A stretch of 64,000 nucleotides of DNA, from the NCBI GenBank assembly GCA_028534125.1, contig CM052818.1, positions 5,210,001 to 5,274,000 of the forward strand. Reading direction: 5' to 3'. The stretch's first letter is position 1. Each line of letters begins with the position of its first letter. The translations under genes were made by a program, and so were the position numbers. The notes under the pieces were generated by a model. The model saw only the letters and a list, made by a program, of their open reading frames with translations, was not told where the DNA came from and did no database searches. The DNA is from Lama glama. Lineage: Eukaryota. Shown here piece by piece: positions 37,979-50,931 of the stretch.

Positions 37979-40899
37979 TTGTCAAATTGGGATTTACAGG
38001 CCCTGCCTTTCAGATGGCTTTTTAAATAATCAAGCTGAATACTGTAACTGAAATAACTTTTTGAATTATAAAAATCAACATCAGTGTAAGGTGTTATGAA
38101 CATTTCTGCCAGGATCAGTGCCCAATTCAATTTCTTCATTTTATAAATACAGAAACTGAGGCTCAAAGACAGTAGGAAATTCCTTCCAGGCACCAGATGG
38201 CACACACCAAACCGAAGCCAATAACCAAAGTCTGCCATCGCCCACTGGGCCCACTTCCCTCTATGTAACACGGAAGGGTCGCAAAATTCGAAATTGCCTG
38301 AAGGTAAGTGCAAGGCAAAAGTGTGGCAGACTCTTCCAAGAAAAAGAATCCAGCCTTGCTCACACGCCCGGCTGTCCCTTCCGTTTTAGCACTTCTGTGA
38401 TACATTATACTTGCAAACTGAGATATGACAATTAGTTAATTGAATCTTTGTAGCAGATGGTGGAAGTTTATGAATTGAATCAATTAATGAATAAACAAAA
38501 ATAAACTGTTGCTCTCATTAGTGTCCCTAAAAAAAATATGTAAGTAGCGTACATTCATTTTCCTAGTTCACAGATGGAGATTTCGAGGCCCATCGAGGTT
38601 ACATTTGCTCCTGGGCAGGTGGAAATAGACAGATACTCAGTCTAAAAAGAAATTTCCACAGCTATCATTAGCTTTCCCCCCCCCTTTCTTATTCAGAACA
38701 AAACTTAGTAGAGGCTGTTTACAGTCCTTTCTTCCTGTCTCCTGATTGCCGTTTCATCATCCACTCTGGCCTTGGCCTAGGGACCACTAGTTGCACAAGC
38801 TGTGAGCAGCCTGGATATCAGTCAAGCCTTGTCCTTTTCCTTCCAAAAGGTCTTCACACCCAGAGGGCCAGAGGAAAGAGAGCCCAGAGGCCTGGGAACA
38901 AGTGCTCGAGAGGGAACCTGGAAACTTCCATCCTGTGAAGCATCAGTGAAGCTCTAGGTGTTCCCGTTTCTGATAGAGTGTCTTCACAGCAGGAAAGGAG
39001 GGAGACTGTTGAGTTGTTCCTGGCTTGGTGTCTCCACTCATCCTATCATCTGGAGGGGCTTTGCCTCTGTCCAAGAGTAACCCCTTGCCAACACCCCCCA
39101 CCTCCAGCCATGCCAGTCCCTTTTGGCCACCTTGGTGGTATCAACGCTGAGTCAGAACTTCCAAAATGTTCTGAGAGGCGGCCCCATGCTACGCCACATT
39201 TCACTGATGGTTAGCACCACATTAAAATGTCATTTCAGGCAATTAATATTTTATTTATAAACACTTATAAATATTTATTATAAATGACTATTTAAATAGC
39301 AGCTCATGAGAAAACAAATCTATTACGTTTGTATTAAAACATCTTCAGATGCTTAATTATAGGAATATTTAGACAAACCATTAAAAATTTATGCCAACTT
39401 TCTTGAGAAGTCTGGGGCAATCCCCATCAGACTTCCCCATTTAGCTGAGGGGGCAAATTTGATAGGATGCCATAATAAACAAGGGAAAGAAATCCATCTT
39501 CAGTTCCCCTATCTAGTAGTTGGACAAATTCTGCCTTCATGCCAGGGAAGTCAAGACATCTTTTCTTTTAAAAAAAAAATCTTTTCTTAAAAATTGTCAG
39601 AAAAGATAGACTCATTCTAGACAAACGTCCCAAGCATACTTGGAAACAAAATATGTCAGGTGTTTAAATGTATCTAATTAAGCGTCTTCAGCTCCCTCGG
39701 CTGTTTTAATCAGTTCCCAAACATGCGATCGGCAGTCGTTTTTCAGCCAGAAAGAAAAATGGTTATTGCTGCCATTGATCTGTTGTAGAGCACGTCACCT
39801 TACCCTACTCAGCTCTGAAAATATAATTAAAACATTCTGTTTTGATACTGGTGACTCACCAAAGTGTAAGAATCTAGGTGTACATTTTCCTTTTTCATGG
39901 CTCTTAAGTTTAGGATGAAAAGAAAGTAAATGAGACGGAATCCCCTTAATTGGCTGTAACTGATTTATTTCTGTTGAAGTGCATTGCAATTTCCATATAT
40001 CACATATTTCTACCTCAATTACTACACCATCTGATTGGACTTCATTTAACTTTCTTCACGTATTTGCCTGATAGCTATTGCGCGCACACCTTAGAAGACT
40101 TGCATACATGGAGCTTGAAGGGTACAATGACTGATTTGATAGGAAAGTTGCAGTGTCTCCACGTATTTCCAAAAATTGCTCTTTGGAACATTCTGTTATT
40201 GTCACAACATGCCTCTGAGTTATGCTTACTTTAATCGCTCCTGGCTTTTGGTATGAGACAAGTTTATTCCGATACATTACCAAGTAGTTTGAAATAGCAT
40301 CGTAATTCATAAGGGTCATCTCGTGAATTTTAAGACCATCCAACCCCTTTAGCTACCTTGAATGATCGGAACTATATTTTTGAAAACTGGCAGCATTATG
40401 TGTACTGGAGAATATCGTATAACATAAGAAATATGGACTGGATATTTTGCGTAATCAAATCAAGATAGAGGTGAGCAAGCATTGTGGGCTAGAGATGAGA
40501 AATCTGGAAAGACATGCTGGATGGCCAAATCTGAGGGGCACAGCTTTGAAATAAAATCCTAATAACCTAAGGAAATCATTTTAAAGACTTTCAGAAAAAC
40601 CCAGACATATTAGAATAGCTAGTTTTTTGCTTGGCACTTTTTTCCCCCAAAGCCACAGTAAGCAATTTTGAGTGCACTTAAAATGTTGACAACATTGTTT
40701 TGAAATACTTTCTATAAGGTCGTATGCCATAGTGAATTGTCCGCTGGAAGTGAACAATTTGATATTATTATAAAGCACAACTTCTCCACGCCTAATTCCA
40801 ATTAACCACTTGTAACCTAGTTGCAAACACAAATTTGAATCACTTGTCCAGTTTTCTTTCTTTCTTATGTGAGCAAAACCATGATCCGGGATGACTGTG

Positions 40900-41026
40900 G
40901 GTTTTTTTTTTTCGTTGTTGTCATCCTTTTTAATTGAAGTATAATCAGTTTACAATGTTGTGTCCATTCCTGGTGCACAGCATAATAGTTCATTCATACA
41001 TACACATACATATATTTGTTTTCATA
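40900..41026 (-). mobile_element. Short L1 3' end
   Basis: TTTAATTGAAGTATAATCAGTTTACAATGTTGTG; TSD GG(A/G)TGACTGTG at 40889-40899 and 41027-41037. Confidence 0.85.
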
Positions 41027-42949
41027 GGGTGACTGTGCTTTATGTCAATAATATGAAATGCTATGATTCCCAAGGCAAGGAAACCTATCAACCGATTCCA
41101 AAAACACCTAGCCGTCGTCCCGTGAAGATTGCGATGCTTTGTTTATTTGCGGGGGATCTGCTCTTTTACTCCAGAAGCAGTGGCTATTGGGAGAATTCAA
41201 CTTTTTTATTCTCCCTTTAATCACACCCAGAATGCAATGATTGTAAACTCCACCAATGTGTCACCTCTCTATTTATTACATCTTATGCTTTAAATATCAC
41301 CTCTGACAAACAAAAGAAAAGCAAATGTCCCTAAATTTCCTGAAGGGCTGAAACATCAAGCCCGGATTATTATTGTTTATGTCTCAGCTTTAGCAGCTCC
41401 AGTGTCTCCATGGTCTGCTGTGTGCCGGGCTGGCAATGATGGATGGCCATTACGGCAGCTTATTGGAAATGGCTTGATTTATAACCTGTTCTCCTGCCTC
41501 AGTCTAATGGCTTCATTTCTTTCCTCCAGTGCGTGATGCCACAGCCAAGGTCATTGCGCCAATGGCCTTTTGTTGTTAGTCTGCTGATGACCAGTGTGCC
41601 TAGGAGTCAGCTCGGGGCTGGGGGGGGAAGCCCAGGGCAGGGGGTGGGGGGGGAGCACCAACCTTTACATTTTAATTTTTTTTTCATCTCAGTCCCTGAT
41701 AACTGCAGTAGAACAGTAGATTAAATGCTGTCTTCTATTTGCTTCCCGTGCTTGCCAGACAAGGAGCTACTTTATGATCCTCAGTGGGGAAGTCTATTAC
41801 TCACCTCTACTTTAAATGACCAACATCAAATATATACAGCTCCCATTAAAGCTGAGATCAATAAAAATGCCATTAAGATAGTAAAAGTTGCTGGTATTAG
41901 TGAAGCCCCCAAACAAAATATTTGATTTTCTTTCAGGTTGTTAGTGAGATGGAATACGGACAGAGAAGGGGAAGGAGAGCAGGCCAGGCCTATGGTCAAT
42001 AATTTATCTCAGAGATTCATTCAGCCTCTCACCCAATATTTCCCTCCTGTCTATTGATTCCTCATCATTATTTGTCATAAGCTGTCCTAACTCAAGGAGA
42101 AAATATGCCCTGCTGGTCCAAGGGGAGTCATACCTGGAGAAATAGAAAGGAATTTCATTAAAAGCGAGAAAGAACTGCTGTGGCTTTGAGAAACTCCAAG
42201 AGCAAGTTGCCAAGACTTTTGTTAAGAGTCTTAAAGCTACTTGGAAGAAGCTTGGCACCGTGAACCCCGGACTCAGGTTGTTCTGATCGGGGTTCAAGGA
42301 AAGTCAGAGACCTTCCCTGTGTATGATTCCAGCTTCCCAAAACTGTGTGTGCCGTGTCCACACACAGATGTATATACACAAATGTAAACTTGTGCACGCG
42401 TGTGTCTACGGATGTATTTTTCCTCTTCGTATTTTCCCTTTCACTAGCATGTTCCAAGTTGATTTTCCTGACTGGTCTCTTACGAAGACCAGAGAGAAGT
42501 CAGTGGTCGCAGAGACATGTTAGTAAAGGGTGTACAAGCTTATGCCTACGTCATTAAGTCAAACTAAAACCCCAAAGGTAAAAGCATGACTTTGGCAATG
42601 GGATTAATTTTTTAAAGCATGACTGTTTGCTTAAGGGCAATTTTTAATAAATAGGCTATATTTTATTTTAATGGGTACATGCTTGTGATGTGGCAGTCGA
42701 TGGCAATCTTTGAAATTGGATTTGACCAATGGCTTGAAACTGGCTCTATGCACCACCGAAAGTCGATGTCAGAGAACTTTTTTCTTTAAAGTTAAATCTA
42801 CCTGCACTTGGCTAATTACCCCCAGTAGATGATCTTATTTAAAATCTTTTTAAATCTTAAGTCAGTTTAGTCTGGAGCATAAATCCATAGCGTTTTAAAA
42901 CTGCAAGGGACCCACAAGAATACTAGTCTCATTCCTCTATTAAGTAATA

Positions 42950-43175
42950 ACAAGAATGCCACTGTTACTACTGATAATTCATATTAATCTAAGGCTTACT
43001 CTGTGCCGGGCATTGCAGTAAGCAGCTTGCATCCTCGTCGCACCTTTATGACGTGAGCAATACTCTCATTTTATTAAAAGGTAAATAGGTTAGGTCGTCC
43101 GCCCAAGATCATGTAGCTCATAGTGGCAGAGTCAAGACTCACACCTAGCTCTATGCGAGCTCACAGCCGATCATA
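42950..43175 (-). mobile_element. MIR
   Basis: GCTTACTCTGTGCCGGGCATTG...GCCCAAGATCATGTAGCT...AGTGGCAGAGTCAAGACTC. Confidence 0.75.
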
Positions 43176-44089
43176 AATGGGATATTTGAAGTCAGCTAGA
43201 AGAACCTGACAGCTCACCTAGCTCAGTAGTAGATGGCCCAAAGTTGAAAAATACCAAAAAGACAATTTGGAGGTCATTCTGAGAGTATTTTCATTGAGAG
43301 ATTCAATAAAGGGGATTTTTCTCTGGACTTTTCTTAAAAAATGAAAAACAGAAAGTCACGTATTGGCAATCCTAGAGTTATCTTTCTTCTTTTTCTTGTA
43401 AATAAAAGAAAAATATCAGTACCCATTGCTCCAAATGTCAGAACCTGTAGTATACAGAGGCATGAAGTGCTGTTACAGAGATAATTATAATTGACTTAGA
43501 TATTTTCTAATGTCCACATTTGATTTTGGTTCATTAGTTAATAAAAGAGAAATTATGCGCAATGTCTAGTCCTTTCAGTTATTTAACTTGCAAACTGTAA
43601 GACTGTATCTTTTTAATTTTGTGTCTTCAAACATCAAGTTTGAATAAACATCTGAAATCTGTTAAGTTCTTGAACAAAACTTACTTCTGAAGTAAAGGTA
43701 AACATGGGCTTGTTTGAATTCATATCATCAGGAAATGGGGCCATCTTAGGGGAAAGGTAGCAGATACAGAACCAGTTTCACCGTTCTGAGTAAACTAATG
43801 AGTTGTTAATTATCTACTAACCAGTTATTAGGGGGATATTTACCTAAATTTAGAGAGTAACAAACGTTTAGTGATCTCTCAATTTAGTCCTATTGTCCAT
43901 GTGACTCTACTGAGTAATTAACAATTACCAAGTGACTGCTGTGGGCCAGAGGTCACCTATGAGAAAAGCCACACGTCTAGACCTCATGTAATACGACATT
44001 TAACCTTTGATACAAGCCTGTGTCCATCATGAGAGCATATGTGTAGCAAGATGAATTAGATGAGTGTTGTTTAGTTTCTAAAGGAGGAT

Positions 44090-44201
44090 TGTAGAAGAAA
44101 GGAAAGCTCAAAGAGAAAGAAAGGATGGGAAGGAAGGGATGAAGGAAAAGTAAAAGGAAGGAAGGAAGAGGGGGAGGGAAGGAGGGAGGAGGGGAGGGAG
44201 G
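44090..44201. repeat. Purine-rich GGAA/GGGA low-complexity tract
   Basis: Seen directly. Confidence 0.85.
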
Positions 44202-44864
44202 ATAACACTCATGTGCTCATGCATGGAACTTCCAAGCTGGCCTTCTATTAGTTCTGTGGTTCCTCTTCCTCCGCTATTGTCAAAGCATCCTTTGTGCCTG
44301 TAACTCCTCTCCCTCTGCCTCAGCTACAATCACCAAACACTTGGTGTGAGCAGTAGTGGTTGTTCCCGCCATGATTTCTGGGTGGTGCAGCATTGAAGGC
44401 GTCATTTCCCCAGCGGTTGGGAAGGCCATCCATTGACTGCTTTCCACCAGCCACTCTCCTCTGAAACTGCCTCTGTTGAAGGTGAGAGGCAACCAGAGTG
44501 GCAGCACATCTCTTCCTAGGGGAGCTCTCATTCAGTGGCTGTGGAGGGGTGGGGCAGGCAGTGCCATATAAAGGCAGGGACCGGATCCCAGGTTCACCCT
44601 GACCCCCACCAGACTTCCTGTACTGTCTGCATCATCACAGAGTCCACTTCCAAGGAACACAGCCCACAGAGCTCCCTGGATAGGGCTCTGCGCACAAGCC
44701 ACACACACTCCTTAGGCATCATGAAGGAGCCGGAGAGAAAGTCCGTAGTTTCTGCTCTTGTTTGGGGTGCTTCTGTGACCTTAACACTGCAGCGAGAGAG
44801 CTCACTTTCCAAGAGAACTTTAGGTGGCTTGATTCCTAAAATTAGACCTGGTTTGTCTTTAACT

Positions 44865-45790
44865 GTTGTTTTAACCAGCTTAATTCTTTTTAAGCGTACA
44901 GCTCTGGAGTGTTAAGTATGTTCACACTGTTGTGCAACAGACCTCCAGAATTTTTTCAGCTTGCAGATTTGAAGCTCTGTACCACTGAATGACTCTCCAT
45001 TCCCTCCTTTGCCTAGCCCCTGGCAATGACCATTCCACTTTCTGTCTCTGTGAATTGGATGACGCTGAGTACCTCATATAAGTGGGAGTGTACAGTATTT
45101 ATCTTTTTGTGGCTAGCTTACTTCACTTAGCATAATGCCCTTCAGATGCATCATTCTGCAGCGTGAGACAATGTTTCTTTCCTTTTTAAGGCTGAATAAT
45201 ATTCTATTTTATGTAGATACCACATTTTGTTTGTCCCTTCACCCATCAATGAACATTTAGGTTATCTCCACCTCTTGGCTATTGTAGATAATGCTGCTAT
45301 GAACATGGCTATGCAAATATCTCTTCCAGATCCTGCTTCCAATTCTTTTGTGTATTTACCCAGAAGTGGGGCTGCTGGAGCATATGGTTGTTCTCTTTTT
45401 AGTTTTTTGAGGAACAGCCATACTCTTTGCCACAGCAGTTATGCTATTGTACTGTCCCATCAACAGTGCACGAGGGTTCCAATTTCTCCACATCCTCACC
45501 AATTCTTGTTATTTTCTGTTTTCTTTTTTCTTTTTTTAAATAGTAGCCATCCTACTGAGTATAAGGTGGTATCTCGCTGTAGTTTTGATTAGTGATAGAA
45601 AACATCTTTTCATATGCTTGTTGGCTGTATATATATTATCTTCTTTGGAGAAATGTCTATTCTAATCCTTTGCTCATTTCTAATCAGATTACTTGTTATT
45701 TTGTTGTTGAGTAGTAGGAATTCTTTATATGATCTTAATGTTTATCAGGCATATGATTTGCAACTATTGTACGGGAGTTTTCCCATGATT
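44865..45790 (-). mobile_element. L1MB-type 3' fragment
   Basis: CACTGTTGTGCAAC...CCCCTGGCAATGACCATTCCAC...GAGGGTTCCAATTTCTCCACATCCTCACCAA. Confidence 0.9.
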
Positions 45791-46616
45791 TGTAAGTCAT
45801 TAATGGGTGGAGCAATCCCAGCTGGTCCTGATTAGGGAAGAGATTCTGCTCCATCAGTGGGAGGCTGAATCCTGCCGTGTGTCTTCAGGACACCGGTCAT
45901 TAGAGGACAGTATTGCACCTGCTGAGTCAATCCCATGCTCTCTGCTGGCTCTTGTGAACTACAGGCATACGTGGACCAAAGGGAGGTTGCAGGGAGGCCC
46001 CAAACGCCAACATGGAGTCAAGAGGTGAATGTCTGCAGGCTCGAGCAATAGGGGAGTTTCAGCGACTAGTTTTATGTCCTTTCTGGTCAGCAAATGAAAG
46101 AAAAGCCCCATGGAAGAGTCATGTTCATGATCGCTAGGCGCTTGGCCAGCCCCAACTCCTCAATCCTCACAGCACCTGAGGGGCCTCGGAAAGCGAGTCA
46201 CCGAGCCTTAAACAGGACCTGCAAACAGGTTGTTAAAAATGTTTTCTGTGTATGACAGATTGAAGCGTCCCCCAGACCCCGGGTAGACACAATGGTAAAT
46301 AAGTTTTCACAATTCCTGGCCTCCCTGAAGGAGACGGAGATGTGCGTGAACCAATGTTAAGTCTTCTGGGCAAATCTTCCACCTGCTCGCAAGCAGCAGG
46401 AAACTGTGACACTGCCTGAAATATCTTGAGCAACTTGGTAGGATGACAGACGTTAAAGAGATTACCATTCTGTGACAGATAGAGCGGTGGTTGAGAGCTG
46501 TAGAGATTGAAACCCCAAGTTTTATGAAGGATGAGCTTGGGCAAATACTTACTCCCTTTAAGCCTCAGTTTCCTCCTATATAAAAAGATGCCAGCAGGGG
46601 CGCCTTCCTCCTAGAG

Positions 46617-46825
46617 CAGTGGTTCTCAACTGAGTTTTCTCCTCCAAGGGACATTTGGCACCATCTGGAGACAATTCTGGTTGTCACAGCTGGGGGTAGC
46701 GGGTGGAGGGGATGTTCCCAGAATCTAGTGGGTAGAGACCAACATCCTACACAGTGCCCACGACAGCCCCACATTAAGTCACTGGCAGCCCCAAATGTTA
46801 GTGGTATTCAGGCTGAAGAAGTCTG
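46617..46825 (+). mobile_element. MER20 (hAT-Charlie) inserted in a MIR
   Basis: CAGTGGTTCTCAAC...GGGACATTTGGCA...TGGTTGTCAC...TCTAGTGGGTAGAG; MIR pieces at about 46490-46600 and 46830-46925. Confidence 0.85.
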
Positions 46826-47054
46826 CCCCAGGGGTCTTTTGAGAATTCAGTACAAAACTCCACGGAGAAGCTCTCAAGAAAGAACCCGTATCTCACCAGC
46901 GTAGTAAGTCTTCCGTCATTATTATAGGGTTTTCATAGGCCCCAACACGGTGTACTTATAGGTCAGTCACTCAACTGTAATAGACACACGTACAATTTGT
47001 TAACAAACATAAATAATAAATTCATAATAAATAACGATAGATAAATTCATCCCT

Positions 47055-47770
47055 CGTTGTACGTGCACCGACGTCAGGATGCTACTCCAGGGAGCAAAAG
47101 GCCGCTCAGTCCGGCGGGCCTAGCGCGGGTGGTGCGGGGGGCGCGGGGGACAGCCCCAGGGCCACGCGCAGGCCGAGGCGGGGTGTTGAGGCCAGCGCTG
47201 AAGGAAGCGGCGGAGGCGGCGGCGGCGGCGGCGGCGCGGCTGGCCTGTCCTCGCTGCCCCCGGGGGCTTCCCGGGGGAGGGCAGTGCCTCCCTCTCTCTC
47301 TCGGCCTCGGCTTAACTGGCTGATTTCATGGCTGGACACACAGAAGCTCCTCAGCCCCTTTTACATCCTTGCCTGAGCTGTCAGCGTCCAGCAGCGTGAC
47401 AGAAAGCAAAGTTGGAGCGCCGCCCCGAGGACAGTGTGTAAAAAGGGGGTGGCCTCCCAGACAGGGACGCCGAGGCCCCGGAGGAGGCTGATGGCGGAGC
47501 GGCGGGCCTCCCGACGCCCAGAGGGTGTTGCTGTCGATGGGACGTTTCTGTGGAGCTGACGTCCCCCACGCTGTCCTTTCCAAAGCCTAAAGCCCTGCAC
47601 GTCTCCTCAGGTTCAGAGAGGGCTACTAGTCCGGGAGGCATCTGTGTGGAGCCATTGCCTCCTGGACACTCTTGCCGGCCAGTGGGGAGGCCTAAAAATC
47701 TGTGAGGACTAAAGGACTGAACCGAAAGACGGCCGAAGGTGGCACTGCTGTCCTGGGCCGCGGGTCTACA
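47055..47770. promoter_or_regulatory. CpG island (orphan; candidate promoter or enhancer)
   Basis: Abrupt rise in GC and CpG content in an otherwise CpG-depleted window; GC-box-like GAGGCGGGG, CRE-like GACGTCA, CGG tract. Confidence 0.8.
47208..47234 (+). repeat. (CGG)2 AGG (CGG)6 trinucleotide tract
   Basis: Seen directly. Confidence 0.95.
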
Positions 47771-47974
47771 GGGACACCAGGTTCCATGGGTCCTTCCAGG
47801 CCGTCATGAGGTCTAGAGCAGAGCAAGTCTCGGCCTCAGAAACCTCTGATCTTCAGGGCTACACTTAGAGGGGCTTCCGCCTCCAAATCATCCTTTCAGG
47901 TCTTCCTCGAGGCCTGAAGTCAGGCACCAAACCTTCTCAGGCTCAGAGAGTGTCGATATTACAGAGGAGATTCC

Positions 47975-48390
47975 TCAGAGCCTGCTGCCTAGGAGGTGCC
48001 CTTCCAGCCCCCGGGGAGCCAATCAAAGACATTTGCTGGACCTCACGCCCAGAGTTCCTGCTGTAGGTCTGGGGTTGAACGTTACTAGTGAGTTCCCAGT
48101 GGATGCTGTCCTGCTGATGAGGGACCACACTTTGAGAACCACTGCTTTAAGCCAACACTGGGGCTCACTAGTTTCTGGCTAATAATTGTGATTATTATGG
48201 GTTAAATGTTCCTCAGTACACAGTCTGTGGACCATCAGAATCATATGCATGTTAAGAAACAAATTTCTACTGCCCACTCAAGACCTACTGAATCAAACTC
48301 CTAGTGAGGGTTGGAGCCCAGGACTCTGAAATTTCAGTAGGTTCTCCGAAGTGGTTCTGATGTACTATAAAATGTGAGAGTTTACTAATA
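47975..48390. mobile_element. Two MER5-family (hAT-Charlie) elements
   Basis: GTAGGTCTGGGG...GGACCACACTTTGAGAACCACTG (about 47975-48145); AGACCTACTGAATCAAACT...GGAGCCCAGG (about 48200-48390). Confidence 0.8.
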
Positions 48391-49039
48391 TATGCCTTAA
48401 ATGTTAGCTCCAGATATATTGGTTTTATATTGTTAGTCCCTGCATTATATTGCCTTATCAAATTTAGAACTTTCATAAGATTCTGCATTTGAAAACACTG
48501 TGATCTCTGAATTGATGAACTTATATTACTGTTATTATTATTAATATAGTTTCCCAAAGAGAAAATAATCACCTTGATTTCAGTTTCTCTATTTTTGTTG
48601 CCTACAAGACCTACCAGATAGCTGAGCACAAATTCAACAAACATTTGTTTATTAGAAATAAAAAAAATACATATATAGACACATGTATGTGCGATGTGAA
48701 AAAAAAACACATTGGCAAGACACCAAATTGAGAGGCAGTGTCATACATTTATGGAGATGTCCAGGAAATCTAGATTCCCATGTGCCTATGAAAAGAAGCA
48801 TCAATGGACAAGAGGAAGTCTTTTTTTGCAGTTTTCTAGGAGAAAATGCTTTTTCAGAAAGTCTTGTGAGGAGGGCTACCCGAGGAACACTTTCACAAAA
48901 AACAAATGGCTCACAGTTTAGGAAATCAAGAGTTTAAGGTGGAGGAAGCCCTCTTCCCTGAAATTCTGTCCACAAAAAATATGTTGAGTGTGTGTGTAGT
49001 TTTGTAAGGACCAAAGGAAACCAAACACTATTCAATCCA

Positions 49040-49920
49040 TCTCTTTTCCGTGGAGTCTGGAGGATGCTTTTAGCAGCAGGTAGTAGACCAAGAGTTTGGA
49101 CATAGAAAAATGAGTCGTTATTTCACAAAATAAGGAATCTGAAGTCAGGATAGTTAGAAGAAATTCAGTAGCTCAACAGTCCCCAAGGATACAGGTGTTC
49201 GCCCTCTGTCCACTCTGCGTTCTGTCCGGAGGCCATGCTGATGGAGTGCAGAGGCAGGTAGAAAGGAGGAAGCTAAGATCAGGAGCCTAGTGTCTCTCAT
49301 TGGTTCAACCAGATGTTGGGAGGGTGACAAACAATGACGAGCCCCCTCCCAGGCTAGCCCAAGCTCCTAAGTGAGTGCTTCTGGAACTCTGACCTGGAGG
49401 CAGTAAGCCAGGCCAGGTGGAGCCCCAAAGCCACACAGAGTTTGGCCCAAGTGTTTCTCGAGGAGGCTCTTCCCTTGCCCTCCCATCAGTCCCTGAACCT
49501 TCAGACAGTCCTCTGAATCCTAGGCCTTTCTTCTCGGGGACATACAGGGGGCCTGAGGCAGGCCATGGGGTGAGACCTATGAGTAGGACACGCCCAAGAG
49601 ATGGATTTTCCCAGCACCTGGCTCCCCACCTGGCAGCTCTGCCCTGTCCTGTGACTGTGCGTGCTGCTGTCACAGCTTACGGCGTCTCACTGAGGAAAAA
49701 GAATACTGCACAATAAAACCAAGCCTCTGAAAAAAAATAAAAAGCCACTGGGGAATTCTCTCTTCCTGCACAGGTCGCCTGCAGTGGTTCTAAAACTTAT
49801 GCTTAGACAATGCCATATGCAGAGGAGAAGAGCATCTTCCCCATGCATACGGTTTCATTAGCAAGAAAAATCTTTTGCAGAAACACCTCAGCCTACTTTT
49901 TCAAGTCCCATTGGCCAGGA
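49040..49920 (-). mobile_element. MaLR (MLT1) fragments flanking unique sequence
   Basis: GGATGCTTTTAGCAGCAGGTAG...GCTCAACAG (49050-49270); CAGAAACACCTCAGC...CCCATTGGCCAG (49770-49920). Confidence 0.5.
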
Positions 49921-49924
49921 AGGA

Positions 49925-50002
49925 GAAATATTCAGGTTTGTGAATTAAGGCTTGGAAACTAAGTGTAGGTTGTAATCAGTGCATCTTCTATTAGGCTGGA
50001 AT
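49925..50002 (-). repeat. Inverted copy of 51755-51832
   Basis: Reverse complement matches 51755-51832 at 66/78 positions, no gaps. Confidence 0.95.
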
Positions 50003-50013
50003 AGACAGCCTAT

Positions 50014-50592
50014 TGAGACAGGAGGGAATGGGGCAGGGCACAACCATTAAAAGAATGACACAGCCATTGAGCATAGGACAAATATCGGTTAGAACCATCT
50101 CAGCCCAAGTGGTGGAAGATCTGACTTCCAGTAGACCTTGAGCCTCATTGTAGGCTCATTGTAACACATCAGCATGGTAAATGGCACAGCCACTGGTGCC
50201 ATGACAGTTCCCAGGCTGACCATAAAAGGCAAGGCTCAATTCCTAGAAACCCCAGCCCCTTCCCCCAAATAGTTGGAATAATCCTCCCATTCGTTAGCAC
50301 ATGAAATTACTCAGCCCATTAAAAACCCCATACCCTGGGGCCACCTCTCTTGCCTTCCGAGACGGCCTGCACCCTGAATAAATCTGTTTCCACGTTACCA
50401 CGGCATATGTATCTCCTAGGGGGCGCTCTCGTCTTCCTAGATGACCCCATGCTCTGGGGCCACTCTCCTCTCTGCACGGACCACATTCTGTCCATGGAAT
50501 GTGTATCTCTCTAAATAAACTTGCTTTCACTTCATTATGGCTCATTCTGGAATTCTTTCTTGCACGAGACAAGAACGTCCTCTTCGGTGACA
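50014..50592 (+). mobile_element. ERV1 solo LTR, MER41-like
   Basis: TG...CA ends; GCCATGACAGTTCCCAGGCTGACCATAAAAGG; TATA-like ATTAAAA; AATAAA in R region; GAATTCTTTCTTGCACGAG U5 end. Confidence 0.75.
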
Positions 50593-50931
50593 TAGTGATG
50601 CCTAAACCAGCCGCGTGACAGCAGTTCCCTACAGGAGACCATTTCCCTGCACACAAGTCACACAAGTGTGGCGGGGCGGCGACACTCCTACATCAGGGCT
50701 CTTCCAGCAAGGAAGAAATAAGGCAGTGGGAATGGCAACTGCGGAAGTGACCGATAGCACCACCTTCTTGGTCTTCAAATGTCTCCGCCTAAATATTGAA
50801 TTTAAACACTGAATTTGATACCTAAAGCAGCGTCACAGAAACCCGTGCTTCAAAACATGGCAGCACTAAGTAAATGTGAGCAGCTTACTTCAACTCTCTT
50901 TGTGTTCTTATCTACAAAATGAGAACAAAGG

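Noticed and set aside
44564..44574. SRF CArG box
   Set aside because: CCATATAAAGG has seven A/T bases rather than the required six
47057..47323. Poly-alanine transcription-factor exon (EAAEAAAAAAAR)
   Set aside because: Non-ATG start, no recognisable domain or splice context; explained by the CGG tract in GC-rich DNA
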